DNA of 62,440 nucleotides, counting the filler, from an uncultured Methanosarcinales archaeon (GTDB lineage Archaea > Nanobdellota > Nanobdellia > Woesearchaeales > B54-G15), in the NCBI GenBank assembly GCA_964519225.1. It is 6 parts of 6 records of this genome, joined end to end, with 100 filler letters (N's around TTAATTAATTAA, not from the genome) between each part and the next. Parts side by side here need not be neighbours in the genome. Positions count along the whole stretch, not along the records: positions 14,184 to 25,519 come from CAZFJK010000023.1; positions 25,620 to 36,718 come from CAZFJK010000024.1; 4 more parts are not named here. The stretch is one strand, 5' to 3'. The notes beneath the pieces were generated by a model. That model made no database searches, was not told the origin of the DNA, and worked only from the letters and a program-made list of their open reading frames with translations. Both the position numbers and the translations under genes were made by a program. Shown here in pieces: positions 19,165 to 29,098 of this stretch; the stretch's first letter is position 1; each line of letters opens with the position of its first letter.

Positions 19165-19368
19165 ATGTATGTGTTCGGCATAGATTTGCCATTGCCGGAA
19201 ATAATTTTTGTCATTACGATAATAAGCGTAATCATCTTAGGAGAACTTGCAATAGTTCTATGGATCGCAATGAAAAAATTAAAAGAAATCAACAGACTCG
19301 TTTATGGAATAAGAGAAGTACGCGACAAAGAAATCGAGTTAATAGAAAAACTGAAGAAAAGATTATAA
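19165..19368 (+). CDS. Small membrane protein
   Basis: SD GGAGGTGA; one TM helix followed by a charged tail. Confidence 0.65.
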   Translation: MYVFGIDLPLPEIIFVITIISVIILGELAIVLWIAMKKLKEINRLVYGIREVRDKEIELIEKLKKRL

Positions 19369-19374
19369 TTATAG

Positions 19375-20100
19375 TTATCTCCCCTTCGCTTCGCTTACTT
19401 TAACTTCTGCCGCAGGAACTAACTCATTTATAATATCTTGAGGTATCTTTGCTTCCTTGAGTTTATCTCTTATGACTTTTGGGTCTTTTCCAGACATTGA
19501 CGCGACGATCGTTTTTGCCTTGGCCATTAATTCCGCCCTCTTCTTCTCCAATTCTGCTTTTAATCGTGCTTTCTCTTCCTCGACCTTCTTCTTTTTCTCT
19601 TCACTCATTTCTGTTCTTTCTTCACTAATCTCTTTATCAAACTTTCCCTCGTCAACAAGCTTAAGCGCTTCTCTAGCCTGAACACCTTCAACCATTATTC
19701 CCATTGAATCGCACGTTCCGATAATTTCTTTTACTTTTTCTTTTAGTGTTTTTCCAGTTAGACTATCTTCCTTCATTTTTGCTATTTTTATTACCTGCTC
19801 GATAACTAAATTGCCGACAAAGTCTTCCTGCGGATTGCTGCTTCCTTTTTCAACGCCGGCTTCTTTTTTAATCAGCTCGGATGCCGGAGGCGTTCCAACA
19901 CTTACAGTAAATTCTTTTGTTTCAGTATCCACCTCTACTTTAACTGGGACTTGCATTCCTTTAAAAGAAGCAGTTTTCTTGTTTATTTCCGCAACTACCT
20001 GACCAATATTCACGCCTAATGGACCTAAAGCTGGACCAAGCGGCGGAGCAGCAGTTGCTTTTCCTCCTTCAACCAAAACTTCAACAGTTTTCTTTGGCAT
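19375..20100 (-). CDS. rpl11: Ribosomal protein uL11 with C-terminal extension
   Basis: [24 protein letters not shown] and GTCDSMGI motifs. Confidence 0.95.
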   Translation of the reverse strand: MPKKTVEVLVEGGKATAAPPLGPALGPLGVNIGQVVAEINKKTASFKGMQVPVKVEVDTETKEFTVSVGTPPASELIKKEAGVEKGSSNPQEDFVGNLVIEQVIKIAKMKEDSLTGKTLKEKVKEIIGTCDSMGIMVEGVQAREALKLVDEGKFDKEISEERTEMSEEKKKKVEEEKARLKAELEKKRAELMAKAKTIVASMSGKDPKVIRDKLKEAKIPQDIINELVPAAEVKVSEAKGR

Positions 20101-20131
20101 AGCTAAACCTCAAAATTCTTCTTTTTAAAAT

Positions 20132-20593
20132 TTATCCTTCTTCAGATTCTTCGCCTTCCCGTCTTATAACTTTAACTGCATCAATCTTTACTGTAATAGG
20201 AATTGGCACAGCAGCTTCAAGCAGTTCGACGACAACTTCCTCCTTAAGCTTATCAACCCTTGTAACCTTTGCCTGCTCTCTTTTAAACGGCCCACTGATT
20301 ATTTCAACGATGTCATTCTTTCTTATATCGACTTCTCTTTTAGTCGGTTCAACCATATGTTCGATTTCTTCATATGAAAGCTCTCCCGGAAGAACGCCTC
20401 TCGCATATGGTACACCAGCTGCGGCTCTTTCAACGTCAGCTTTACTTTCTGCCTCAACAAATATATAACCCTTCATTCCATGCGCCCTTACGATAGACCA
20501 AACCCTCAAGCCCTTTTTCTCAACGTGCGAAATAATAAAATCCATAACCTGATCTTCTCTATTTGCGGTTGTTCGCAAAGCAAAAATTGGCAT
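20132..20593 (-). CDS. spt5: Transcription elongation factor Spt5/NusG
   Basis: GYIFVEA NGN domain; VEIISGPFK KOW motif. Confidence 0.95.
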   Translation of the reverse strand: MPIFALRTTANREDQVMDFIISHVEKKGLRVWSIVRAHGMKGYIFVEAESKADVERAAAGVPYARGVLPGELSYEEIEHMVEPTKREVDIRKNDIVEIISGPFKREQAKVTRVDKLKEEVVVELLEAAVPIPITVKIDAVKVIRREGEESEEG

Positions 20594-20600
20594 TTTTTAA

Positions 20601-20813
20601 TCACCCGATTAATTGCTTAATCATATGGATTATGAAACCAATAGCACCGATTATCAAAATACCAGCTCCGCTCACTTTAACAATAAGCTTAAATTCCTCT
20701 TTTGTTGGTTTTCTTGTTACTTTAAGCACTCTTTTACATTCATACCAGAACCTTTTTAATTTATAAAATATTCCCGGTTTATGCTCACCGCCACTAACGC
20801 TTTGCTGTACCAT
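20601..20813 (-). CDS. secE: Protein translocase SecE/Sec61-gamma
   Basis: RVLKVTRKPTKEEF...G.GILIIG.IGFII. Confidence 0.92.
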   Translation of the reverse strand: MVQQSVSGGEHKPGIFYKLKRFWYECKRVLKVTRKPTKEEFKLIVKVSGAGILIIGAIGFIIHMIKQLIG

Positions 20814-20840
20814 TGGACAAAGAAAGAAGAACAAAGGTTT

Positions 20841-22067
20841 TTAAATCTTTGGGTTCTTCATGGAAGCGAGTTTAATGAAATCAGACACATCCATTACATT
20901 AATACCCTCTATTTTTATAGTCCTTTTATTAGGAACTATAATTATTTTTTTTCCATCAAAAAAATTTAGTTTCTCTCTTATTTTTTCAATTTCTTTTTTT
21001 GTTAAAGAATCTTTCCACTTAACTTCACCTAATATTTTTATTTTTTTGAATTCGATAAGAGCTATATCTACCTCCGGCTCTTCAAGAACAGCACACTTCA
21101 TACCAAGAAGCTTACTTAAAAATTCTCTAAAGAACTTTTCTACATGAAACCCTATTTTCTCTTTAACAACTTTTTCTATAAACTTATTAGAAATCTCTCC
21201 TTCAATATAGTTATATTTTTCATCAAGGTAAAAATGAAGATCCAATAAGGGAGAAACGTGTTCATACCTAAATTTTTTCTTTTTATAAACTTCTAATTTT
21301 CTAAGTAAACCAATTTTTACTAAAACATTCAAATAATTTTGAATTAAACCTGGATTATCCTTCGGAATAAGCCTCTTTGAATAAAGAAAACTTGATATTT
21401 CAGTGCTTACTGTTTTATTGGATGCAACAGCCCTTAAAATTCCTTCATAGACTTCAGAGAGTTTTCTTTCTTCTTCTGAAAAAATCTCTCCTATAAGTTC
21501 TTTTATAGCGAGTTTGTTATTTTCCAAATACTCAGCCAGATATTTACGGATTGGCTTCCTATAGGGCGGTGCTAAGATTGGTTCTCTTAAATATACACTT
21601 GCCTCTATAAGTTCTTTTTCCCTAACGTGTGATTTTAGCGCTTTGATCACATCCCGTTCATCGATCAGTCCAAAAATCATTAAAGGAAAAAGCCCGAGCA
21701 AGGGGCTACCTTTTCCGAGAAGTTTTTTCGAGAGCCATAATGTTGACGAAACCACTATTAATTTTCCTTTTTTTCCAGAATAATGCAGATAATCAAAAAA
21801 AGCCGATGGCAATCTATGAAATTCATCGATGATTATTCTTTTTTTACCGAGGTCTCTTTTAAATAATTCAAAGAAAGTTTCATAGCCAAGATGATTTCCA
21901 TCCTTGTCAAAAACAGTCCGGTCCTTTCGCACAAAGAAGTATTCATCCCACTTGATGAAATTTTTCACAAAAAAAGTCTTTCCTGTTTTTCTTCTTCCAC
22001 AAATATAAACCCAATCACCGAACTTCGAAATTTTTTTCTCATCCTGCATCCTTTTTATTATAACCAT
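20841..22067 (-). CDS. Archaeal ATPase with C-terminal PD-(D/E)xK-like domain (COG1672/DUF234 type)
   Basis: GRRKTGKT Walker A, IIIDEFH Walker B, EVDIA...GEVKW. Confidence 0.8.
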   Translation of the reverse strand: MVIIKRMQDEKKISKFGDWVYICGRRKTGKTFFVKNFIKWDEYFFVRKDRTVFDKDGNHLGYETFFELFKRDLGKKRIIIDEFHRLPSAFFDYLHYSGKKGKLIVVSSTLWLSKKLLGKGSPLLGLFPLMIFGLIDERDVIKALKSHVREKELIEASVYLREPILAPPYRKPIRKYLAEYLENNKLAIKELIGEIFSEEERKLSEVYEGILRAVASNKTVSTEISSFLYSKRLIPKDNPGLIQNYLNVLVKIGLLRKLEVYKKKKFRYEHVSPLLDLHFYLDEKYNYIEGEISNKFIEKVVKEKIGFHVEKFFREFLSKLLGMKCAVLEEPEVDIALIEFKKIKILGEVKWKDSLTKKEIEKIREKLNFFDGKKIIIVPNKRTIKIEGINVMDVSDFIKLASMKNPKI

Positions 22068-22249
22068 GAACATAATGATTAGAAACATATATAAAAAGAT
22101 TTCTATAATCTAATAAATTGTAAGTTACACAAAAAATTTATTTAATTTAAGTCTTTAAACAGCATCAGAACATTTATACCTTTACACCTCTTCATCAAAG
22201 AAAAACCCTATAACCCTATTCGCTTATCAGCAAATTAGCAGTTCTCATT

Positions 22250-23371
22250 TCAATCCACAAACTCTATTCCAAGCTCATCTTGGATTTCTTTTTTCTTTTT
22301 GTCAGTAAACTTGTAGTCTCTTCCAAATATTTGGCTGCTCTTTACGCCCGTAACTATAAGCATAACCCTAATAGTTTTTTGCAAGTCCTTATAGATTTGA
22401 GCTCCCCAGATTATCTTTGCATTTTCGTCAAGCCTTTCGCTTATTGCCTCGACAACCTTTCTTGCTTCATCTAATGTTAGATCTTCGCCGCCACTTACAT
22501 TTATCAATGCACCGTTAGCTCCGCTAACATCCACATCAAGCAGTGGATTAGCAATAGCCTTTTCAACAGCTTCAATAGCTCTGTTTTCAGTATCGCTTTC
22601 GCCGACACCAATCAATGCAACACCACCATTAGACATTATAGTTCTTATATCTGCAAAATCCAAATTAATTAATCCTGCTTTAGTAACCAATTCAGCAATA
22701 CCTTTAACAGCATTAGTTAGGATTTCATCAGCAACTTTAAACGCTGTGTGCAATGGCAAATCTGGAGCAAGTTCAAGCAACTTCTCATTCGGAATCACAA
22801 TTAGCGTGTCGACCAATTGTTCAAGCTTTTCCAAACCAATCATAGCATTTTCATAGCGCACATAGCCTTCCATCTTAAAAGGCAAAGTTACTACCGCAAC
22901 AGTCAGTGCTCCCATCTTCTTTGCGATTTCAGCTATTATTGGAGCACTACCCGTCCCTGTTCCGCCACCGAGCCCACAGGTAATAAAAATCATATCAGAG
23001 CCAGAAAGCATTTTCTTTAGCTCAAGTTCGCTTTCCCGCGCAGCTTCTTCTCCAAGCTTAGGATTACTACCAGCACCAAGTCCACTGGTAATTTCTTTTC
23101 CAATCAAAATCTTTTTGTCCGCGCTTGTATAAAGAAGGTCTTGCGCATCAGTATTAACAGCAATCAGTTCAACGCCCACGATCCCAACTTCTTTCATTCT
23201 AGTAATTGTATTATTTCCAGCACCACCAGTGCCAACGACCTTTATCTTTGCTCTTTGCTGCGCGAGCATTGCCTCAAGCTCAGCATCAACAACACTGCTG
23301 TTATTTTTTTCTTCTATCTTAGGTCCTGCAGAAGGTTGGACTTGAGCATAGCTATCATTAGAATAATCCAT
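22250..23371 (-). CDS. ftsZ: Cell division protein FtsZ
   Basis: [20 protein letters not shown] and NLDFAD motifs. Confidence 0.98.
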   Translation of the reverse strand: MDYSNDSYAQVQPSAGPKIEEKNNSSVVDAELEAMLAQQRAKIKVVGTGGAGNNTITRMKEVGIVGVELIAVNTDAQDLLYTSADKKILIGKEITSGLGAGSNPKLGEEAARESELELKKMLSGSDMIFITCGLGGGTGTGSAPIIAEIAKKMGALTVAVVTLPFKMEGYVRYENAMIGLEKLEQLVDTLIVIPNEKLLELAPDLPLHTAFKVADEILTNAVKGIAELVTKAGLINLDFADIRTIMSNGGVALIGVGESDTENRAIEAVEKAIANPLLDVDVSGANGALINVSGGEDLTLDEARKVVEAISERLDENAKIIWGAQIYKDLQKTIRVMLIVTGVKSSQIFGRDYKFTDKKKKEIQDELGIEFVD

Positions 23372-23598
23372 CTTACCACCTCTCTTAACTTTTTTGATAA
23401 CGAAGCCTGATATATAAATATTGTTATTCTACGGTAGTTGTGTTTTGCAAAAAGCGCCGAGTTGTTAACGTAAATTTTTTGAGAAATGGATAAGTGCATA
23501 CAACTCACAAAAGTAATAGGATATAGTTAATCGCTAATATAGGCAAAGGAAACGTAGTAATGATATACATCAACTTACGTGCGCTTTTGTAAAAATAC

Positions 23599-25347
23599 TC
23601 ATCCACTCAGTGCTCTCCATATTTCTCTAGCTTTCAGCTCTTCGCTCTTTTTCATATTTTCCAGTTCTTTAGCTCTTAGCTCAGTACCCATCTCTCGAAT
23701 AGACTTCACCAACGCTTCAAATGCGTCTAACGCATAATAGTCTTTTCGGAGTTCCATCGCAATGTTTAAAAGCCCCATCTCACTTTTTAGAAGGTATTTT
23801 AGGATTTTTTTCAATAAACTTCCTTTTAAGCTCCAGACATCCCTTATTTCCAGTCCACTAAGCATTTTCATTATTCCATCCCCATACTCATTCACAAGCT
23901 CGATCACATAATCAGCAGCTTTAAGTACTGGGATAATATCCATTATAAAGCTACCCACACTATCCCTTCTTTTTTCATCTTTTATGAGTTCCTTTAAGTA
24001 AGCAATAACTTTCTTACTACGCAATTGCGGAAGTGCATCAAGCATCTCTTCTTCCCTTAGAATTTCCCCCGGAATTTCACATATCGGGAGCCGAAGGTAC
24101 GGAATGATATCTTCTAATCCATCATCTTTGTATGTTTTAAAGATTTTAATTACTTCTCTAAAAACTCTAGGATTCTTCATATATTTGATACTTTCTGCCA
24201 CGCTTAAAAGGATTTTTGAGTTTTTACTGTTTAAAATGCTCACTAAATTCTGGATATCTTCAGACCGTGGATGTAATCTACTTACAAGTACGAATGAATG
24301 TACAATTTCTTTTGCTATTTCTTTTGATTCTATATAAGATCTTAAAAGTTTAGCAACTTCTTTAACAGTTTCAGCTTTCTTTGTAAAATATGTTATTCCT
24401 GTCAAAGCATAAAGTATTTTCCCTACTGTTTTAGAATCATGTTTTTTATTATACGCTCTTAAAGTTTTTAAACACTCCTCAACAACTGTAGGGTCCTTTA
24501 AGCGATAAGCTATATATAGAACAGAAAAACCTACATAGTCTACATCTTCAAATTTAAATTCTTTGAGATATTTAACAGCACTTTCAACAGCACCAGGCAA
24601 ACCTAGAGCAATGCCTACTATACTAGGTAGATAAAGAATTGTGTTGCGTCCATATATGATGTCGGATTCTACCCTTTTTCTGTATTCCTTAGTAATTATT
24701 TCAATAATCTCTTTCTTTCTTAATATCCTCGCGGCTTCAATGACATTTTCCGGTTTTAAATCTTCATATCGATAAAAGAGGTCATGAAAATACCCATTAG
24801 TAAACAGTACGGGAGTAAATAAGAAAAATCTGATAGTTTCCACCAAACTATCAACGCCATTCCACCCAAATTCTGCATACTCTTTAACCGTTTTAATAAC
24901 TTCCTTTGCAGCTTCAGGCGACCATGCAACAATAAATGGGAGACTAAAACCTACTCTGTAACCTACTTGCTCACCATATTTCCGTTCCACAGTTTTAAGA
25001 ACATCAATAACTAATTTTTCTTCTAATGTTTCTGCGATTCTCCTACTTTCAAGTGAGCGGTCCTCAGGCCACCTAACAAAAGCGTCACAAATTCCTTCCA
25101 CCAAGCCACAAAATCCTTTATATTCACTAAGGGCCCTAGTATAATTTCTCGCAGCTTCAAGATCTCTCTTTCTAAGTATTTCACCAAACCCCTCAGCCAC
25201 TTTAGGCGCTAACTCTCCGTGTTCCTCTATTTGTTTCAAAACATTATCGTCAACATTTTCTAAGTTTTTTAATATCTCTTTAGTTTCCTTAAGATCCGTA
25301 TTAGTGAATCCACCTATAATATATGCCATAATGGCAGATGATCGCAT
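23599..25347 (-). CDS. Hypothetical alpha-helical protein
   Basis: 582-aa ORF with amphipathic-helix-like composition; no recognised motif. Confidence 0.6.
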   Translation of the reverse strand: MRSSAIMAYIIGGFTNTDLKETKEILKNLENVDDNVLKQIEEHGELAPKVAEGFGEILRKRDLEAARNYTRALSEYKGFCGLVEGICDAFVRWPEDRSLESRRIAETLEEKLVIDVLKTVERKYGEQVGYRVGFSLPFIVAWSPEAAKEVIKTVKEYAEFGWNGVDSLVETIRFFLFTPVLFTNGYFHDLFYRYEDLKPENVIEAARILRKKEIIEIITKEYRKRVESDIIYGRNTILYLPSIVGIALGLPGAVESAVKYLKEFKFEDVDYVGFSVLYIAYRLKDPTVVEECLKTLRAYNKKHDSKTVGKILYALTGITYFTKKAETVKEVAKLLRSYIESKEIAKEIVHSFVLVSRLHPRSEDIQNLVSILNSKNSKILLSVAESIKYMKNPRVFREVIKIFKTYKDDGLEDIIPYLRLPICEIPGEILREEEMLDALPQLRSKKVIAYLKELIKDEKRRDSVGSFIMDIIPVLKAADYVIELVNEYGDGIMKMLSGLEIRDVWSLKGSLLKKILKYLLKSEMGLLNIAMELRKDYYALDAFEALVKSIREMGTELRAKELENMKKSEELKAREIWRALSG

Positions 25348-25519
25348 GCGTAAAAAGCAGCGATTACTTTTTTTATTTTTTTTGGTGCTAGGCTACACAC
25401 TTTAGATCACATACTACACTTATTAATACCTTCTCTAGAAAATTACATTCCTCAACTCAATAAATTATTCTTGAAAAGTAGCTTCAACTCCAATCAATCG
25501 TTTTATTTCACTTTTTATT

Positions 25520-25619
25520 NNNNNNNNNNNNNNNNNNNNNNNNNNNNNNNNNNNNNNNNNNNNTTAATTAATTAANNNNNNNNNNNNNNNNNNNNNNNNN
25601 NNNNNNNNNNNNNNNNNNN
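25520..25619. other. Artificial contig linker
   Basis: N44-TTAATTAATTAA-N44. Confidence 0.98.
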
Positions 25620-26059
25620 AGAGCAGCAGTCCGCAAGTCTTTTCCTACTGAACGAGCATAATCCATTGTAGCTTGAACTGCCTTTTCCATTAATTCAGGT
25701 GCGATATTGAATCTCAGAAACAGTGTCTCGATTGACTCAATTGTTTCGTCGCCATAGGTGGTCGTCATCTGTAGGGCAGAAGCCAAATCGGTCAGCTTTT
25801 TATAAGTTTCTTCCGAATATGCCCCTACATTCTTAAGAGCTTCAGCAAGTGCAAAGTCTGCCTTTTCCTGCTCCATTGCCTCTTCGGTTGTACTCTTGAG
25901 CCACTTGATTACTTCATAAGAGCCAAAAGCTAAGCCGAAAGCACCCGCCAGCTTTTTCGCAGTCTTAAGCAATCCACCGAGTCTATTGTCAATGCGTGAC
26001 AGGTCTTTCGACATTTTGTCTACAAGAGCAAAAACTACATTTATCCTTTTTTCAGCCAT
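25620..26059 (-). CDS. Phage tail tape-measure-like protein, N-terminal part (truncated)
   Basis: Ala/Gly-rich N-terminus, EQEKA...LA.AL...LASALQ.TTTYGDE...A.MDYA...G.DL.TAA; SD GGAGG. Confidence 0.7.
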
Positions 26060-26364
26060 TTTCTTTTCCCTCCTCTGGTTTGTGGTTTATTCTCCCGCAC
26101 CGGAATAAATCCCAGTGCCAAAATCCCAAAAGCTTTGATTTATGTCGTTTTTCTCTATCATCCCAGCAATCCCTTGAAAATACAGGGATTTTCAACTGTG
26201 TCAGTGTGCCATATTTGTGCCAAAAATTTTTATAAAATGGTGTAAAATGATGTAAATAATGTAAACAATGTAAAACTTCCTGATGAGGCTTTTTTGAAGT
26301 TATATCAAGGCTTTTCCTCATCATTGCTATGTTCCTCCTCATTGGGGTCTTTTACCCTATGATT

Positions 26365-26410
26365 GGACTCATAATCCGTTGGTTCGGGGTTCGAGTCCCT
26401 GCGGGCCCAC
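26365..26410 (+). mobile_element. att site: 3' half of a tRNA(CAT) (Ile2/Met) without its 5' half
   Basis: GGA-CT-CAT-AA-TCC anticodon arm, GGTTCGAGTCC T-arm and CGGGCCCA acceptor strand; the upstream sequence is not tRNA-like. Confidence 0.75.
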
Positions 26411-26845
26411 GTTTTATTTTTGGGGAATTCCCAGAAAAATCAAGCTTTCCGCCATTTCAACTACTCTCTTCCAAAACCATCATTCATATCAATTTTACCA
26501 AAAAATGAAAATTTTTGGTGTAGAGGGGAAAAAACTCAAACCTGCTTGGTGAATAATCTTACCTCCAAATAATATTTTGCTGATTCTGTGACGCTGAACA
26601 GGCAGATTTTCAGCAACTGAGCTATTTCATCTAGTCCAAATGTTCTGGCTCTTCTTGCAAGGTGATGGAAATGCCAACCTGCCCAATTGTTTATCATGTA
26701 GGGTCACTTTCTTCTGAATCTTCAATAAAATTAAAAGAGAAATAACACGACTCCGTATTTTTATCTTTCGCATCCAGCAAAGTGTAACCTAAGAAATAGC
26801 AAAAATTGAGTTTAGATCAGAAAAATAAGAAGATAAAGTGATTCG

Positions 26846-28585
26846 TTACCTCTCTTTTTTCTTCGCATTTTCATTTTTACTTTCTAACTTCTTTTTTAAC
26901 TGTAATGCTAGCTCATAATTTGGATTAATAGCCAAAGCTTTATTGACGCTAGTGAGAGCTTCTTCATGTTGACCTAAGAGTGTATGGACTAATGCTTTAT
27001 TATACCAAGCCTTTTCGTTATTCGGGTTAAGATGTAGAATTTTCCCAAAATACTCTAAAGCTTGAGTATAGTTGCCAAGATTTGATAGTGCTATTCCTTT
27101 ATTTAGTAAGGCAGACTCATAATGGGGATCTATTTCCAGCGCTTTGTCTAAATATGTGAGAGCCTTGTGGGATCTTGCCATTTTGTTCAGTAAGTTTCCT
27201 AAATTATTATATGCTTCCTTTAAATTGGGATTAAGCTCAATAGCTTTTCTGTAGTAGAGTTCTGCCAGCTTGTAAAGTCCTTTATTAGCTAAATTGATAC
27301 CCAAATTTACTATTAGATCTGGTGAAGCATTCATAGGCATAGGGATAACTAACATCTGTATAGTCCATCCCGGTGCTACATAAGAGGTTATGATTTTGTT
27401 CTCCCAGAATATAGTATAAGGACTTCCTAACTCATCCGTATAAAGCACAGGTTGAGTTAAACAAACAGTATCCAAATCCAAATGTTTTTCAAGCCATCCC
27501 CTAACAAACTCCTCAACTTTCCCGAGTATTAGTTCTGGCCCTACATTTAACTTAATGAGTTCGGGTAGCTGAAGAACTGGCTTTCCTGCAACTTCAGATA
27601 CATCGATATAGATGACTTTTCGTCCCTTACCTAGGCTTCCAAGTTGTTTGTTAGCCTTATGTAAATTTTTCCTTAATTTCTTACAAATTTCGTTATATTT
27701 GTTTGGATTTCTTAATATTATAATTTTAGGATTCTTGATTTTTGGAGTACCATCAAATACTCCGAAATAAGACGTACTAAGCAAAAATTCTATATTTTCA
27801 GGATTTGGTGGTACTTGAATTGGTGTCACATATTCAATTAATTCGGGTAAGTTCTGTACATCTACGTATATATCATTGTCTTTTACTGCTGTATCTTCTT
27901 TAACGGCTTTTTTAACAGTTTTGACAACCCTTTCTATATCTCTTTTCTCCTTTGGAGTCCTTATCAGAGTTATGTCTATTAAAGCATTTACATCTTCCTG
28001 AAATAACCAAGATCCAATTTCAATCGCTGTCTCAACATAATTATCATTCCTTGTAAGCCTTTTACACTCTGCGTACACATCCAGATCACCCTTTTTAGCA
28101 TAAATATCAGGCTTACCTTCCTCAAGCAAGTCTAAGAAAGTAACTTCAAATCCACGAGAAGCATAGTTAGAAGCTACAAGAACATGATGCATGAATGATT
28201 CAAATTTATCTTTCCTATAATCCAGTAATTGACCCATAATAGCGCTGTCGTCGAGTGATACAACGCCGTGTTTCAGTAGGTTGTCAAAAGCGTACGTGAA
28301 TATTAGTATTTTCATAAATTCTTCTATATCTGTAGAAAATCTTAAATCGAATGAATAATTTCTATTCCTAATATTATACAAAATTTCATACCATTTAGCC
28401 ACTCTATGGACATTTGGTTCTATAAGATATTTTAATTCTTCAGGCTTACCTTTTGGTGCTAGGCTCTTCAGTTTTCTATATTGTTCTGCAATATAATCTT
28501 TTCCAAATATCTTGGTGAGAAAATCAATCAACGAATCAATTAGCTCCTTTGGAGTTCCAATTTTATCCCATCCTATAGGACTCAT
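26846..28585 (-). CDS. PD-(D/E)xK nuclease-like domain plus C-terminal TPR repeats
   Basis: KPDIYA...YAECKR motif; about four TPRs (AYNNLG, ALLNKG, AWYNKA). Confidence 0.7.
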   Translation of the reverse strand: MSPIGWDKIGTPKELIDSLIDFLTKIFGKDYIAEQYRKLKSLAPKGKPEELKYLIEPNVHRVAKWYEILYNIRNRNYSFDLRFSTDIEEFMKILIFTYAFDNLLKHGVVSLDDSAIMGQLLDYRKDKFESFMHHVLVASNYASRGFEVTFLDLLEEGKPDIYAKKGDLDVYAECKRLTRNDNYVETAIEIGSWLFQEDVNALIDITLIRTPKEKRDIERVVKTVKKAVKEDTAVKDNDIYVDVQNLPELIEYVTPIQVPPNPENIEFLLSTSYFGVFDGTPKIKNPKIIILRNPNKYNEICKKLRKNLHKANKQLGSLGKGRKVIYIDVSEVAGKPVLQLPELIKLNVGPELILGKVEEFVRGWLEKHLDLDTVCLTQPVLYTDELGSPYTIFWENKIITSYVAPGWTIQMLVIPMPMNASPDLIVNLGINLANKGLYKLAELYYRKAIELNPNLKEAYNNLGNLLNKMARSHKALTYLDKALEIDPHYESALLNKGIALSNLGNYTQALEYFGKILHLNPNNEKAWYNKALVHTLLGQHEEALTSVNKALAINPNYELALQLKKKLESKNENAKKKER

Positions 28586-28687
28586 CCTATCTCCTTCAGT
28601 ATTTCAGTAATCAATCATAATTAAAAGCTTTTCACCTTCGCCCTAAAAGCACCAATGCCTTGGGACAGTCAACGCCCCCATTGTTTA

Positions 28688-29095
28688 TCATGATTGCAAG
28701 TTTAGAGGAGCTATGAAGTGCTTCAAATCCACCCATTTAACTCTGCCAAATATGGGGTAGAGCAAAATCTGCTTATCCTTATAATTTATTTTTGGTCTTT
28801 CCGAACTTTCTACAATTTCGATTTTTCCATCAATAACAATCTGGATTATGTAATTTCCCCTCACAAGAAAATTTGCAGCATCCTGCAGGAGGTTTCTTAT
28901 TTTTCTTGAGATTTTTTCTGGTTCTTCGGAATAGTAAAGCAGGTTCTCTATGCCAAAAACAGCAAAGTTAAGCGGGAGTTCTTCCTCCCTGTAAACTTGC
29001 CTCAAAAATTCAATTATACTTATTCTTTCGGTGAATACCTGATCTGAATGTTCTCTTTTTTCAATGATATTAAAGCCTATATCCATGCCTGCCAT
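28688..29095 (-). CDS. Hypothetical protein, last gene of the defence operon
   Basis: Starts 3 nt after the methylase stop; SD GGAGG. Confidence 0.7.
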   Translation of the reverse strand: MAGMDIGFNIIEKREHSDQVFTERISIIEFLRQVYREEELPLNFAVFGIENLLYYSEEPEKISRKIRNLLQDAANFLVRGNYIIQIVIDGKIEIVESSERPKINYKDKQILLYPIFGRVKWVDLKHFIAPLNLQS

Positions 29096-29098
29096 TAT

